Assembly: GCA_964447805.1 (NCBI GenBank)
Contig: CAYUTQ010000004.1
Coordinates: 10,429 to 74,428, forward strand
Source: an uncultured Clostridia bacterium
Lineage (GTDB): Bacteria; Bacillota; Clostridia; Tissierellales; DATGTQ01
Direction: 5' to 3'
DNA length: 64,000 nucleotides
Below, piece after piece: positions 1 to 11,390 of this stretch (its first letter is position 1; every line of letters starts with the position of its first letter). The notes beneath the pieces were generated by a model that saw nothing but the letters and a program-made list of their open reading frames with translations, was not told where the DNA came from and did no database searches. The position numbers and the translations under genes were made by a program.

Positions 1-395
1 TCCTGCAAAGGAACCTGCCTTAATGTGTAAATTGCTATTTTTACAGGCTTGGAAGGAAAAGTAAAAACAAAGATTTCTTTGGGTATAAGGTAGAATTTGT
101 TATGACAACAGATGAAAGGATTATTACATCAGTAAGAACAGCCCATGGAGCATATATAGTCAGATGAGTTTAGAGAAAAATATAAAAAACGAGCCTCTAT
201 TGAGGGTAAAAATGCTGAAATTAAAAGGTTTCACGGGCTATGTTGTGCTAAAGGGTATGGCCTAAAAAGTGTGTCTAAACAAGCAAAATTAGCTGCTATA
301 GCAGTTAATTTAAAGAGGATAGCGGCAATAGTATCCTCTTTTCCAGTTAATTTTATCCAAAATATTCTTGTTTTTAGAATGGCATTTGGATTTTA
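1..395 (+). pseudogene. IS1182/IS5-type DDE transposase C-terminal remnant (frameshifted, truncated by window edge)
   Basis: Shifting-frame translation gives GYKVEFVMTTDERIITSVRTAHGAY and IEGKNAEIKRFHGLCCAKGYGLKSVSKQAKLAAIAVNLKRIAAI, which is the conserved C-terminal block of this transposase type. Stops interrupt it. A hairpin AGACCACT-n5-AGTGGTCT follows at 424-444. Confidence 0.45.
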
Positions 396-724
396 AGGTT
401 TATAAATTAATGTACAAAGAAAAAGACCACTTTTTCAGTGGTCTCGAACGGTTTGAATTAAGTAAAATTAAATCCTCTTTTATATAAATATAGTACTTTC
501 TTAAGGATAGATTCGTGGCAAATGCAGATTTAGTCTTTGTAACTTTCTAAATTGTTTATGTACACCCTTAATTATATTTATAGTATACATTTAGAGTAAC
601 TTCTAATATAATGTAAGCTACTTTGTTTTTAAGTATATAAATCATATATAATGAATACAAGGTGAAATACTAATCAAAATTTGTGAGATAATATAGTTAA
701 GTAATTGTATAGGAGGAGACAAAT

Positions 725-1567
725 ATGATAGAGTTAGGGAAAATACAAGAGTTAAAGGTAATAAAAATAACATCACAAGGAGCATATTTAAATGAAAAAG
801 ATAAAAGAGAAAGTAAGGATATTTTTATAAGTAAAAAAGATTTGCCAGAAAAAATATCAGAAGGAGATATGATAAAAGTTTTTGTATATAGAGATGAGAA
901 AGAAAAAGTTGTAGCTACAAAGAATAAACCTTATTTATCTGTTGGAGAATTAGGTTTCCTTAAAGTAGCTGAAACTACGAAAATAGGGGCATTTATGCAT
1001 TGGGGTTTAGATAAGGATTTATTTTTACCTTTTAGTGAACAAATTGGAAAAGTAGAAAGAGGTAGAAAATACTTAGTGGGGGTTTATATAGATAAAACTA
1101 ATAGATTATGTGCTACTATGAAAATTAAAAACCTTTTAAGTAGTGATTCACCATATAAAAAAGATGATATAGTTAAGGGCACTATTTATAGTATAAATAG
1201 AGATATTGGTGCTTTTGTGGCAGTTGATAATAAATATGATGCATTAATCCCTAGGAATGAATTATTTGGTGCTTATAGAATAGGAGATACTATTGATGCA
1301 AGAATTACAAAGGTAAGGGATGATGGGAAATTAAATTTAAGTCTTAGAAAAAAGGCATATAAGCAGATGGATAAGGATGCACGAGTTATTTTAAATAAAT
1401 TACAAAAAAAAGGTGGCCAATTAGAATTAAATGATTATAGTCCACCATCAAAAATTCGAGAAGAATTAGATATGAGTAAAGGAGCTTTCAAACGGGCAAT
1501 AGGGAAGTTGTTGAAAGAAGAACAAATTGAATTTATAAAAGAAGGTATTAAATTAAAAAGAATATAA
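725..1567 (+). CDS. S1 RNA-binding domain protein, CvfB/YitL family
   Basis: 280-aa ORF preceded by AGGAGG RBS. It has repeated S1-like OB-fold segments (GxxxxGxV..I...GAFV) and a basic C-terminal winged-helix-like tail, typical of CvfB/YitL. Confidence 0.7.
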   Translation: MIELGKIQELKVIKITSQGAYLNEKDKRESKDIFISKKDLPEKISEGDMIKVFVYRDEKEKVVATKNKPYLSVGELGFLKVAETTKIGAFMHWGLDKDLFLPFSEQIGKVERGRKYLVGVYIDKTNRLCATMKIKNLLSSDSPYKKDDIVKGTIYSINRDIGAFVAVDNKYDALIPRNELFGAYRIGDTIDARITKVRDDGKLNLSLRKKAYKQMDKDARVILNKLQKKGGQLELNDYSPPSKIREELDMSKGAFKRAIGKLLKEEQIEFIKEGIKLKRI

Positions 1568-1593
1568 AAATCAACGAAAAAGGTTGAGTTATT

Positions 1594-3933
1594 ATGAAAA
1601 ATGAAATTAAAATATCTGTTAGAAATTTAATAGAGTTTGTTTTAAGGACTGGAGATATAGATACAACTTTTATAAGCAACAGTAGAGCAGTAGAAGGTAC
1701 TAAAGCCCATAGAAAAATTCAAAATTCTTATGGGGAAAATTATCAATCAGAAGTTGCTTTAAAACATAGTTTTTCTTATGAAGGATTTTCAATAACCATT
1801 GAAGGTAGAGCTGATGGTATTTTAATAGAAAATGAAAAAAATATTATTGATGAAATAAAATCTACTACTAAGGATTTAGACACTATAGAAGAAGATTATA
1901 ATGAACTTCATTGGGCACAAGGAAAATGTTATGGTTATATTTATTGTATAGAAAAAGATTTAGAAGAAATAGATGTTCAATTGACTTATTATGAGTTAGA
2001 TTCACAGGATACAAAAATTTTTAGAAAGAATTTTTCTAAAAGTGAGTTAGAAAAATTTTATTATGATTTAATTGATAAATATTTGATATGGGTTGACTAT
2101 ATTTTAAATTGGAATAAAATAAGAGATTTATCAATAGAAAAAATGGATTTTCCCTTTGAAAGTTATAGAAAAGGTCAAAGAGAAATGTCCATTGCTGTTT
2201 ATAAAACTATTCTTCATGAGAAGAACTTATTTGTACAAGCTCCAACAGGAATAGGGAAAACTGTTTCTGTTCTTTTTCCAACTATTAAATCTATAAGAGA
2301 AGGTTTAGCTTCCAAGATTTTTTATTTGACGGCTAAAACTATTACGAGACAAGCAGCATTAAATTGCGTATATGATATGAGAAATCAAGGCTTAAGGTTA
2401 AAGTCTATGGTTATAACGGCAAAAGAAAAAATTTGCTTAAATGAAGAAGTAGATTGTAATCCAGAGAAGTGTCCTTATGCAAAAGGACATTTTGATAGAG
2501 TAAATCAAGCTGTATTAGATGTGCTTCAAAATAAAGATACAATAACTAGAGAAACAATAGAATATTATGCTACAAAATATAAAGTTTGTCCTTTTGAATT
2601 GTCATTAGATATTAGCATTTTTGCTGATTTAATTATATGTGATTATAATTATGTCTTTGATCCTAGAGTATCTTTGAAGAGATTTTTTGAAGAAAATAAT
2701 GAGGACTATGTCTTTCTTATTGACGAAGCACATAATTTAGTAGATAGGGCAAGAGGTATGTATTCAGCAGAGTTGACAAAAGAACCAATTTTAGAATATA
2801 GAAAGTATTTTAAAGAAAAAAATACAAAGTTATATAGAAGTTTTAATAAAATAAATTCCTTTTTTTTAAAAGCAAAAAAATGGTGTAATGAAGAAGGTGT
2901 TTATGTAAGTAAAAATGAAATAGAAGAATTTTATCCTCTAATTAGAAAAGCTTCAAAAAACTTGGAAGAATGGCTTTTAGAAAATAAAAAAGATCCGGAA
3001 TATAGAGAGATATTAAATATGTATTTTGAACTTTTAGGTTATTTAAGAATAGCAGAATATTATAATGAAACTTATGTAACTTATATAGAACATGATTTAA
3101 AAGATGTGAAGATCAAGCTATTCTGCCTTGATCCTTCCATTGTATTAGGAGAAGTTTTGAAAAATGCAAGAGGATCTATATTTTTTTCGGGAACTCTTAC
3201 ACCTTTAGATTATTTCAAAGAAATTTTAGGTGGAAATAAAAAGGATTACACAATGAGACTTTCTTCTCCATTTGATAGAGAAAATTTATGTTTGTTAATA
3301 ACTAATGAGATATCTACAAGATATAGGGATAGACCCAAGAGTTATCCACAAATAGTTAAGTATATTGAGAAAATTGTTGAAAAGAAACAAGGAAATTATT
3401 TTGTGTTTTTTCCTTCTTATAAATATATGATGGAGGTTTATGAAATATTTAAGGAGCAGAATACTAATTATAATACTATAATTCAAGAATTTTTTATGGA
3501 TGAGAAATCTAGAGAAAAATTTATTAAAAGCTTTGAAGAGAAGGATAATTTAATAGGTTTTGCAGTATTAGGTGGAATATTTTCAGAAGGAATAGACTTA
3601 ATTGGGGACAATCTTATTGGTGCCATAATTGTAGGAGTAGGACTTCCACAATTATGTTTTGAGAGAAATATTATTATGGATTATTTTAAAGAAAAAAATG
3701 GCTTTGGCTACCAATATGCTTACATGTATCCAGGTATGAATAAGGTATTGCAAGCTGCTGGTAGAGTAATAAGAACTGAGGAAGACAAAGGTATTATATT
3801 ATTGATTGATGATAGATTTTTATCTTATAGATATTTAAGACTATTTCCTAAGGAATGGAAAGGTTTTGAGAGAGTAAGTAGTGTGGAAGTATTGGGAAGA
3901 AGTTTAGATAAATTTTGGGAGAGAAAGTTTTGA
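1594..3933 (+). CDS. PD-(D/E)XK nuclease domain fused to an XPD/DinG (Rad3-type, Fe-S) superfamily 2 DNA helicase
   Basis: The N-terminus has EGRADGIL...IIDEIKS...QGKCYGYIY, a D..(D/E)xK plus QxxxY nuclease motif set. It is followed by Walker A APTGIGKT, a four-Cys cluster (CLNEEVDCNPEKCPYAKGH...CPFE), DEAH box (IDEAHNL) and a helicase C-terminal block (QAAGRVIR). Confidence 0.75.
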   Translation: MKNEIKISVRNLIEFVLRTGDIDTTFISNSRAVEGTKAHRKIQNSYGENYQSEVALKHSFSYEGFSITIEGRADGILIENEKNIIDEIKSTTKDLDTIEEDYNELHWAQGKCYGYIYCIEKDLEEIDVQLTYYELDSQDTKIFRKNFSKSELEKFYYDLIDKYLIWVDYILNWNKIRDLSIEKMDFPFESYRKGQREMSIAVYKTILHEKNLFVQAPTGIGKTVSVLFPTIKSIREGLASKIFYLTAKTITRQAALNCVYDMRNQGLRLKSMVITAKEKICLNEEVDCNPEKCPYAKGHFDRVNQAVLDVLQNKDTITRETIEYYATKYKVCPFELSLDISIFADLIICDYNYVFDPRVSLKRFFEENNEDYVFLIDEAHNLVDRARGMYSAELTKEPILEYRKYFKEKNTKLYRSFNKINSFFLKAKKWCNEEGVYVSKNEIEEFYPLIRKASKNLEEWLLENKKDPEYREILNMYFELLGYLRIAEYYNETYVTYIEHDLKDVKIKLFCLDPSIVLGEVLKNARGSIFFSGTLTPLDYFKEILGGNKKDYTMRLSSPFDRENLCLLITNEISTRYRDRPKSYPQIVKYIEKIVEKKQGNYFVFFPSYKYMMEVYEIFKEQNTNYNTIIQEFFMDEKSREKFIKSFEEKDNLIGFAVLGGIFSEGIDLIGDNLIGAIIVGVGLPQLCFERNIIMDYFKEKNGFGYQYAYMYPGMNKVLQAAGRVIRTEEDKGIILLIDDRFLSYRYLRLFPKEWKGFERVSSVEVLGRSLDKFWERKF

Positions 3934-4060
3934 TTGTATTTTTGAGGAATTAATATGGTAAGAATTAAAAACAATATAAATATTCAGAAAATAATGCAAA
4001 TGATACCATATATTTCATAGATATATGGTATCATTTATATTGACATGGTTTTTAAAGAAT

Positions 4061-4164
4061 ATATTATTTCTACTATAGTTCTATTAAAATAATAAAGCAC
4101 AAACAACAATTTATATTCCAATTTACATTCCATATTTACATTCCATAGAATTTGGTTCTATTAT
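4061..4164 (-). CRISPR. Degenerate, inverted mini-CRISPR: two repeat-like units flanking a short spacer-like segment (candidate CreR/CreA-like RNA gene)
   Basis: The minus strand reads ATAATAGAACCAAATTCTATGGAATGTAAAT / ATGGAATGTAAAT / TGGAATATAAAT / TGTTGTTTGTGCTTTATTA / TTTTAATAGAACTATAGTAGAAATAATAT. Both outer units share long blocks with the array repeat CTTTTAATAGAACTACAGTAGAATGTAAAT. Confidence 0.6.
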
Positions 4165-4172
4165 ATCAATAC

Positions 4173-4181
4173 ATTATAGCA
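4173..4181 (-). promoter_or_regulatory. Extended -10 element (TGcTATAAT on minus strand) positioned to transcribe the mini-CRISPR
   Basis: The reverse complement of 4173-4181 is TGCTATAAT, about 8 nt upstream of the first repeat-like unit. The -35 (TTCATT) is weak. Confidence 0.35.
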
Positions 4182-4215
4182 TAGATAATCAATGAAATGA
4201 ATTGGTAAAAGGTGG

Positions 4216-4244
4216 TTGATAAGAGAAAAAAAGTATATTATTAT
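4216..4244 (+). promoter_or_regulatory. Candidate sigma-A promoter of the cas operon (TTGATA-17 bp-TATTAT)
   Basis: TTGATA at 4216-4221 and TATTAT at 4239-4244 with 17-bp spacing, 67 nt upstream of the cas6 ATG. Confidence 0.4.
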
Positions 4245-4310
4245 TTACTTATACACAAACAACATGGCAGAAAACTAAAATTATATAATTTTATGAAAAG
4301 GGGTGAAAAT

Positions 4311-5036
4311 ATGAGATTTAATGTGGAATTATTATTAGAAAATGAAACTATTCCTAAAGATAAAAATAGGATAATTTTATCTTTGATAAAACATAATTTT
4401 AATTCCTACGATAAAGATTATTATTCAAAATTGTATGAAGAAATTCCAAACAAAATGAAAAGTTTTACTTTTGCATTATATATGGGAAATTGTAAATTTT
4501 TAAGGGAAGAAATAGTTATTCCAGAAAAAAAGATAATTTTAAATTTCTCTACTTATGATATAAGGGAAGGAATTGTATTTTACAATGGTTTCTTAAAGAA
4601 TAAAGGATTAGAATATCCAATTAAAAATAATTCTATAAAAGTAAATAGGATAAATTTAAACAGAGAAAAAGTTGTAAAAGGGAATGAAGCAATATATACA
4701 ACTCTTAGTCCTATATCTGTTAGGGAACATTGTGGGGATAATAAAAAAACTTGGTATCATTCATTAAGTAATGTGGATGGACAAGAAGTGTTTATGAGAA
4801 ATTTAAAATATCAATTAAAAGATGAATTTGGAGAAAATAGGATATTAGATATAGAAGAAATAGAATTTGAAGTTTTAGAGAACAAAGAAGTAAAGGTAAA
4901 AAATTATGATATTGAGGTTTTGTCTAATATATGCCATTTAAGAATTAAAGGAAAACCGTATATATTGGATTATCTTTATAAAGCAGGAATAGGAAGTCAA
5001 AGGAGTACAGGCTTTGGAATGGTAGATTTGGTATAG
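4311..5036 (+). CDS. cas6: CRISPR endoribonuclease Cas6 (type I-B)
   Basis: The ATG at 4311 follows AAAGGGGTGA RBS. The C-terminal glycine-rich loop GIGSQRSTGFGMV is typical of Cas6, and this is the first gene of a canonical I-B operon. The ORF-track start at 4212 would overlap the promoter and lacks an RBS. Confidence 0.85.
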   Translation: MRFNVELLLENETIPKDKNRIILSLIKHNFNSYDKDYYSKLYEEIPNKMKSFTFALYMGNCKFLREEIVIPEKKIILNFSTYDIREGIVFYNGFLKNKGLEYPIKNNSIKVNRINLNREKVVKGNEAIYTTLSPISVREHCGDNKKTWYHSLSNVDGQEVFMRNLKYQLKDEFGENRILDIEEIEFEVLENKEVKVKNYDIEVLSNICHLRIKGKPYILDYLYKAGIGSQRSTGFGMVDLV

Positions 5037-5047
5037 GAGGTGAAAAT

Positions 5048-6740
5048 GTGGAAGAGAGAATAAAAATATATTTATCTGATTGGCAATTTAATGCTGGAAT
5101 AGTGGGGCTTTATAATATATTAGAATATGCAGAAGAAGAGGTAACTGTCGGGGATCAATATATAGAAATTGATTTGGAAGTGTTGGAAAATTTTGAGGAA
5201 AAATATTTTAATTACTTTATAGAAAAGTATAAAGAAACTACACCATGGCATAGAATAATATCTTATGAACCAATAATGGAAAGTTATGAAGAGCATAATT
5301 TTGAAAACTTTAATAAAAAAGCTTTAGATTACTTAAATGATTATATAAGGATGGTAAAAGCTTATTTATCTAGAAACAATTATAAGAAAGTATATCCATT
5401 TATAAATAGTGACAAAGATATATTGGCTTTAGAAAGAGAATTAAATACTATTCGTGTTAAGAAAAATGACAAAATAGAAGAAAAGATAGATGATGTAAGA
5501 AGCAGATTTGAAATAATACGTGAGATAATAGATTATTGTAATAGTGAAGATGGAAAGAAATATATAGCGGCAAAGGGGGTTATTTATAATATTATAAATA
5601 ATGGTTGGAATGGTGTATGTTTTCTAAACCAACAAACTAAAGAATACGATGTGTATGAGGATTATAAAAAATATTTTGTTGATACAACCATAGATTATTT
5701 AAAATTAGATAAAGAAAAATTCAAACACAATTGTTTTATTTGTGATAGAAAAATGAAGAATACAGATAATGATTTGAGTTTTTTAAATAAAACAGGATTT
5801 GACGTCAATAAAAAGCCATCACATATTTGGTATTTTACAAATGATGTGGCAATATGTGATTTATGTAAATTTGTATATTCATGTTTACCAGCGGGTTTTG
5901 TATATGCGTATGATAAAGGAATTTTTATAAATAGCAATACATCTGTTGAGGATTTGTTAAAAGCAAATAGGAAACTTAGAGATGATGTACTTAAAAAAGA
6001 TGATGATGTTTATAAATCATTAACATATAGAGCATTAGTGAAGGCTATAAATGAGCAGCATAGTTCTAAAATACAATATGAATTGCAGGATATACAAATA
6101 GTAAGGTATGAAAATGAAAGGTATAGATTTAATATTTTATCAAAAGAAGTTTTGAAGGTAATTAGAGCATCAAAACAGGAACTTAATAGCTTGATGAATA
6201 CTGGTTATAGGGAAGTAAGAAATTATTTTAATATATATGATATTACTATTGATAGACTTTTAAATAATTACAACATGTTTACATTAATTCATAAATTATT
6301 GATGTATAAAATTACTAAATCTCAATCAATAGTTACTTATTATCATATGGGACATATTATGAATTTAATTTTAATAAATGTAAATTATTTGAAAGGGGTG
6401 GAAGATGTGGATAAGGCAAGAGAAAATAAGGAATTAGTGAGAAAAGCCAGAGCATATGGTTATTATTTAAGACAAGAATATCTTGAAAAAGATCGAGATG
6501 CAGATAAAAACAAGATAAGAGGGGTGTCCTATAGATTATTGAATGCACTTAAAACAAGAAATGCGGAAATGTTTATGCACAATATAATCACAAGTTATAT
6601 GTATGTAGGGAAGACAATACCATCTAAAATGACAATGGTATTAGAAAGTGAAGAGGCTTTAGGAAATTTAGGTTATGCTTTTGTTACAGGGTTAAATGGT
6701 GGGAAATATAAACAGGAAAATGAGAATGGAGGAGAAAAGA

Positions 6741-6751
<11 letters not shown>
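5048..6751 (+). CDS. cas8b: Cas8b/Cst1 large subunit (type I-B)
   Basis: 567 aa in the position between cas6 and cas7. It has the CxxC...CxxC zinc-finger pair (CFICDRK...CDLCKFVYSC) usual in Cst1/Cas8b. GTG start after GGAGGTG RBS. Confidence 0.8.
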
Positions 6752-8536
<1,785 letters not shown>

Positions 8537-8538
<2 letters not shown>

Positions 8539-8563
8539 GGCCCTATTTTAATAGGGCTTTATA
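8537..8563 (+). terminator. Stem-loop between cas5 and cas3 (possible attenuator/partial terminator)
   Basis: GCCCTAT-TTTA-ATAGGGC is a 7-bp stem, extendable by wobble/AU pairs. It is followed by only a short T tract (TTTAT). Confidence 0.3.
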
Positions 8564-8584
8564 ATAGTAGAGGGGGATTTGTGT

Positions 8585-10873
8585 ATGAGTGAGAATGAAT
8601 ATATAGCTAAAACTTATCCTGAAGTAGAAACTATTCAGCAACATACTAATAGATTAATAGAAAACTATAATATTTTAAAAAGGATATATCCAGATTTAAA
8701 GGTAGATTGGGATATATTAGAATTGGCTTGTCTTTATCATGATTTAGGGAAGATGAATAAAAAATTCCAAAAAAAATTAGAGGGGAAGAAAGTAGAAGGT
8801 GAAATTCCTCATGGCTTTTTAAGTATTGGATTTTTGGATATTAAAGAATTACGAAAAAAGTATTCAAGGGAGCAAATAAAAGTATTAGTAAATGCAATAG
8901 CTTATCATCATGAAAGAGATTTTAGATTTTCAGAATATGATGGAAAAGTTGCAGAAGAGATAGAAGAAATGAAAAGAGAAGTAGAAAATTTTGATTATGA
9001 CAAAATACCAAATTGTAAGGTGTTTAGATTACCTAGTGCTAGGTATATTGATGGTAGTAGAGTTACAGAAGAAGATGGAGAAGATGTTTTTTATGATTAT
9101 ATACTAGTAAAGGGACTTTTAAATAGAATAGATTATGCATCAAGTGCATATGAAAAAGTGGAACGAGAAAATGATTTTTTAGAAGAAGCATTGGATAATA
9201 TGATGAGGAACTGGAGAAAAGAAAATGAAAATATATCTTGGAATGATTTACAGAAATATATGATACAAAATAGAGATGAAAATGTAATAGTTGTTGCTCA
9301 GACAGGGATGGGGAAAACAGAAGCAGGGCTTTTGTGGATAGGGGATAATAAAGGATTTTTCACATTACCTTTAAAAACAGCAATCAATTCGATATATGAT
9401 AGGGTGAGAATAGGTATAGTTAAAGATAAAATTGGAGAAAGAGTAGGATTGCTTCATTCTGATGCTTTTAGTGAATATATAAAAAGAGAAGATGACAAAA
9501 AAGACAAATTAGAGTTAGAGGAAATAGGGTTAAGTCAATATTATGGAAGAACAAAACAACTGACTATGCCTCTTACAATATGTACTATAGATCAATTATT
9601 TGATTTTATATATAGATATAAAGGTTTTGAGCTAAAACTTGCAACCTTAGCTTATTCAAAAATAATTATAGATGAAATTCAAATGTATTCATCTGATTTA
9701 ATTGCATATCTAGTGTCAGGACTTTTGCATATTACAAAATTAGGAGGAAAATTTGCTATATTAACAGCGACATTTCCACCTTTTATAGGAGATTTATTAG
9801 AAAAAGAAGGGGTAGAATTTGGAAAACCAGAACCTTTTATAGATGAAGATGAAAATAAAATAAGGCATAGTATAAAAGTGAATGATGAAATGATAAATGC
9901 AGATTTTATAATAGAAAAGTATAATAAAAATAAAGTATTGGTGATTTGTAATACAGTGAAGAAAGGGCAAGAATTATATGAAGAAATAAAAGAAAAAAGA
10001 TCAGATTTAGAGGGAAACATTAATTTGTTTCATAGTAATTTTATAAAGAAAGATAGAAGAGATAAAGAAAAAGCAATTCTTGAATTGGGAAAAAAAGATA
10101 ATAAAAAAAATCATGGAATTTGGATATGTACTCAAGTTGCAGAGGCGTCATTAGATATAGATTTTGATGTATTGATAACAGAACTGTCAGATTTAAATGG
10201 GCTATTTCAAAGAATGGGTAGATGTTATAGGAATAGGTCTTTTAATAAAGAGGGATATAATTGCTATGTATTTAATGGTGGAGAAGAAGAATGCACAGGA
10301 GTAGGCTATGTAATAGATAAAGATATATTTAAATTTTCTAAAGAAGCATTAAAAAATATAGATGGGAAAATAAGTGAAGAAGAAAAAATAGAGCTTATAA
10401 ATAATGTATATACAACAGAAAAATTAGAAAAAACTAAATATTATAAAGAAGTTATTAATACATTAAAATATATTGAGAGTTTATATACAAATGAAATGGA
10501 CAAGTCTCAGGCTAAAAAGATGTTTAGAAATATAAATTCAATAACAGTAATTCCAGAAGAAGTATTTAAAAAGAATAGGGATGAAATAGAAAAATGTAAA
10601 GAAATTATAAATGAAAAAAGAAATAAGGATATGACAGAGAAAGAATTAGAAGAGTTTAAAGTTAGGAAAGCTAAAGCAAGATCAAAACTTACGGATTATA
10701 CAGTATCTATACCTTTTTATTTAGTAAATAACAAAAATACACAATATTTTGAAATAAATAAATATGAAAATATTACAATATTTAAATGTAATTATGATAA
10801 GGAACAAGGTTTAACTCCCATAAAAGATTTAGTCGAAGAAAAAGAAAAAGGAAATTGGAATAATATTGTATAA
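8585..10873 (+). CDS. cas3: Cas3 HD nuclease-helicase
   Basis: HD motifs (LYHDLGK, AYHHERD), Walker A AQTGMGKTEA and DExx box IIIDEIQ. ATG at 8585 after AGGGGGA RBS. Confidence 0.9.
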   Translation: MSENEYIAKTYPEVETIQQHTNRLIENYNILKRIYPDLKVDWDILELACLYHDLGKMNKKFQKKLEGKKVEGEIPHGFLSIGFLDIKELRKKYSREQIKVLVNAIAYHHERDFRFSEYDGKVAEEIEEMKREVENFDYDKIPNCKVFRLPSARYIDGSRVTEEDGEDVFYDYILVKGLLNRIDYASSAYEKVERENDFLEEALDNMMRNWRKENENISWNDLQKYMIQNRDENVIVVAQTGMGKTEAGLLWIGDNKGFFTLPLKTAINSIYDRVRIGIVKDKIGERVGLLHSDAFSEYIKREDDKKDKLELEEIGLSQYYGRTKQLTMPLTICTIDQLFDFIYRYKGFELKLATLAYSKIIIDEIQMYSSDLIAYLVSGLLHITKLGGKFAILTATFPPFIGDLLEKEGVEFGKPEPFIDEDENKIRHSIKVNDEMINADFIIEKYNKNKVLVICNTVKKGQELYEEIKEKRSDLEGNINLFHSNFIKKDRRDKEKAILELGKKDNKKNHGIWICTQVAEASLDIDFDVLITELSDLNGLFQRMGRCYRNRSFNKEGYNCYVFNGGEEECTGVGYVIDKDIFKFSKEALKNIDGKISEEEKIELINNVYTTEKLEKTKYYKEVINTLKYIESLYTNEMDKSQAKKMFRNINSITVIPEEVFKKNRDEIEKCKEIINEKRNKDMTEKELEEFKVRKAKARSKLTDYTVSIPFYLVNNKNTQYFEINKYENITIFKCNYDKEQGLTPIKDLVEEKEKGNWNNIV

Positions 10874-10886
10874 AGTGAGTGATACC

Positions 10887-11378
10887 ATGAAGAAGGTAAC
10901 AGGTGTTATGATATATTATTATTTTGTTTGTAAGAGGAAATTGTGGTTATTTTCAAATAATTTAAATATGGAATCTAATAGTCAATTGGTTGGTATAGGA
11001 AAGTTAGTAGATGAAACATCTTATAGTAGGGAAAGAAAACATATATTAATAGATGAAAGTGTAAATATTGATTTTTTAAAGGATTGGAAAATTGTACATG
11101 AAATAAAAAAATCCAGAAAAATGGATGAAGCATCAAAATGGCAATTAAAATATTATATATGGGTTCTCAAAAATAAAGGAGTAGAAATTGAAAAGGGGAT
11201 ATTAGATTATCCCCTTTTAAGAAAGAGAGAAGAAATATTTTTGAAAGAAAAAGATGAAGAAGAATTAAAAAAGATTATAGAAGATATAAAAAGAATAGTA
11301 TCTTCAGAGCTTCCTTCAGATGTTTTGAATAAAGGTATTTGTAAAAAATGTGCTTATTATGAATTTTGCTATATTTAA
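10887..11378 (+). CDS. cas4: Cas4 RecB-like exonuclease (DUF83)
   Basis: An N-terminal Cys (YYFVCKRKLW) plus a C-terminal CKKCAYYEFC Fe-S cluster ligand pattern, in the position between cas3 and cas1. An alternative start at 10866 is possible. Confidence 0.85.
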   Translation: MKKVTGVMIYYYFVCKRKLWLFSNNLNMESNSQLVGIGKLVDETSYSRERKHILIDESVNIDFLKDWKIVHEIKKSRKMDEASKWQLKYYIWVLKNKGVEIEKGILDYPLLRKREEIFLKEKDEEELKKIIEDIKRIVSSELPSDVLNKGICKKCAYYEFCYI

Positions 11379-11390
11379 AGGAGCGAAAAA

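Noticed and set aside
3295-3486. Antisense or alternate-frame ORFs nested in long genes. Examples are 3295-3486, 5695-5937, 6357-6548, 9679-10020, 29043-29372, 29571-29897, 30260-30445, 39243-39449, 50297-51379, 54324-54617, 55267-55473, 61290-61481 and 61800-62294.
   Set aside because: They lie entirely inside well-supported genes. They have Ser/Phe/Ile/Leu-rich low-complexity translations typical of the reverse strand of AT-rich coding DNA, no RBS and no recognisable motifs.
1594-3933. Whether the DinG-like helicase is a type IV CRISPR Csf4/DinG component.
   Set aside because: No csf1/csf2/csf3 genes are present. The adjacent locus is a complete type I-B system with its own Cas3. The helicase is transcriptionally grouped with the upstream CvfB-like gene.
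4212-4310. N-terminal extension of cas6 proposed by the ORF track (GTG 4212, MVDKRKKVYYYLL...).
   Set aside because: It has no RBS, it overlaps the putative promoter, and it is a Lys/Tyr-rich low-complexity translation of AT-rich DNA. ATG 4311 has a good RBS and begins the conserved Cas6 sequence.
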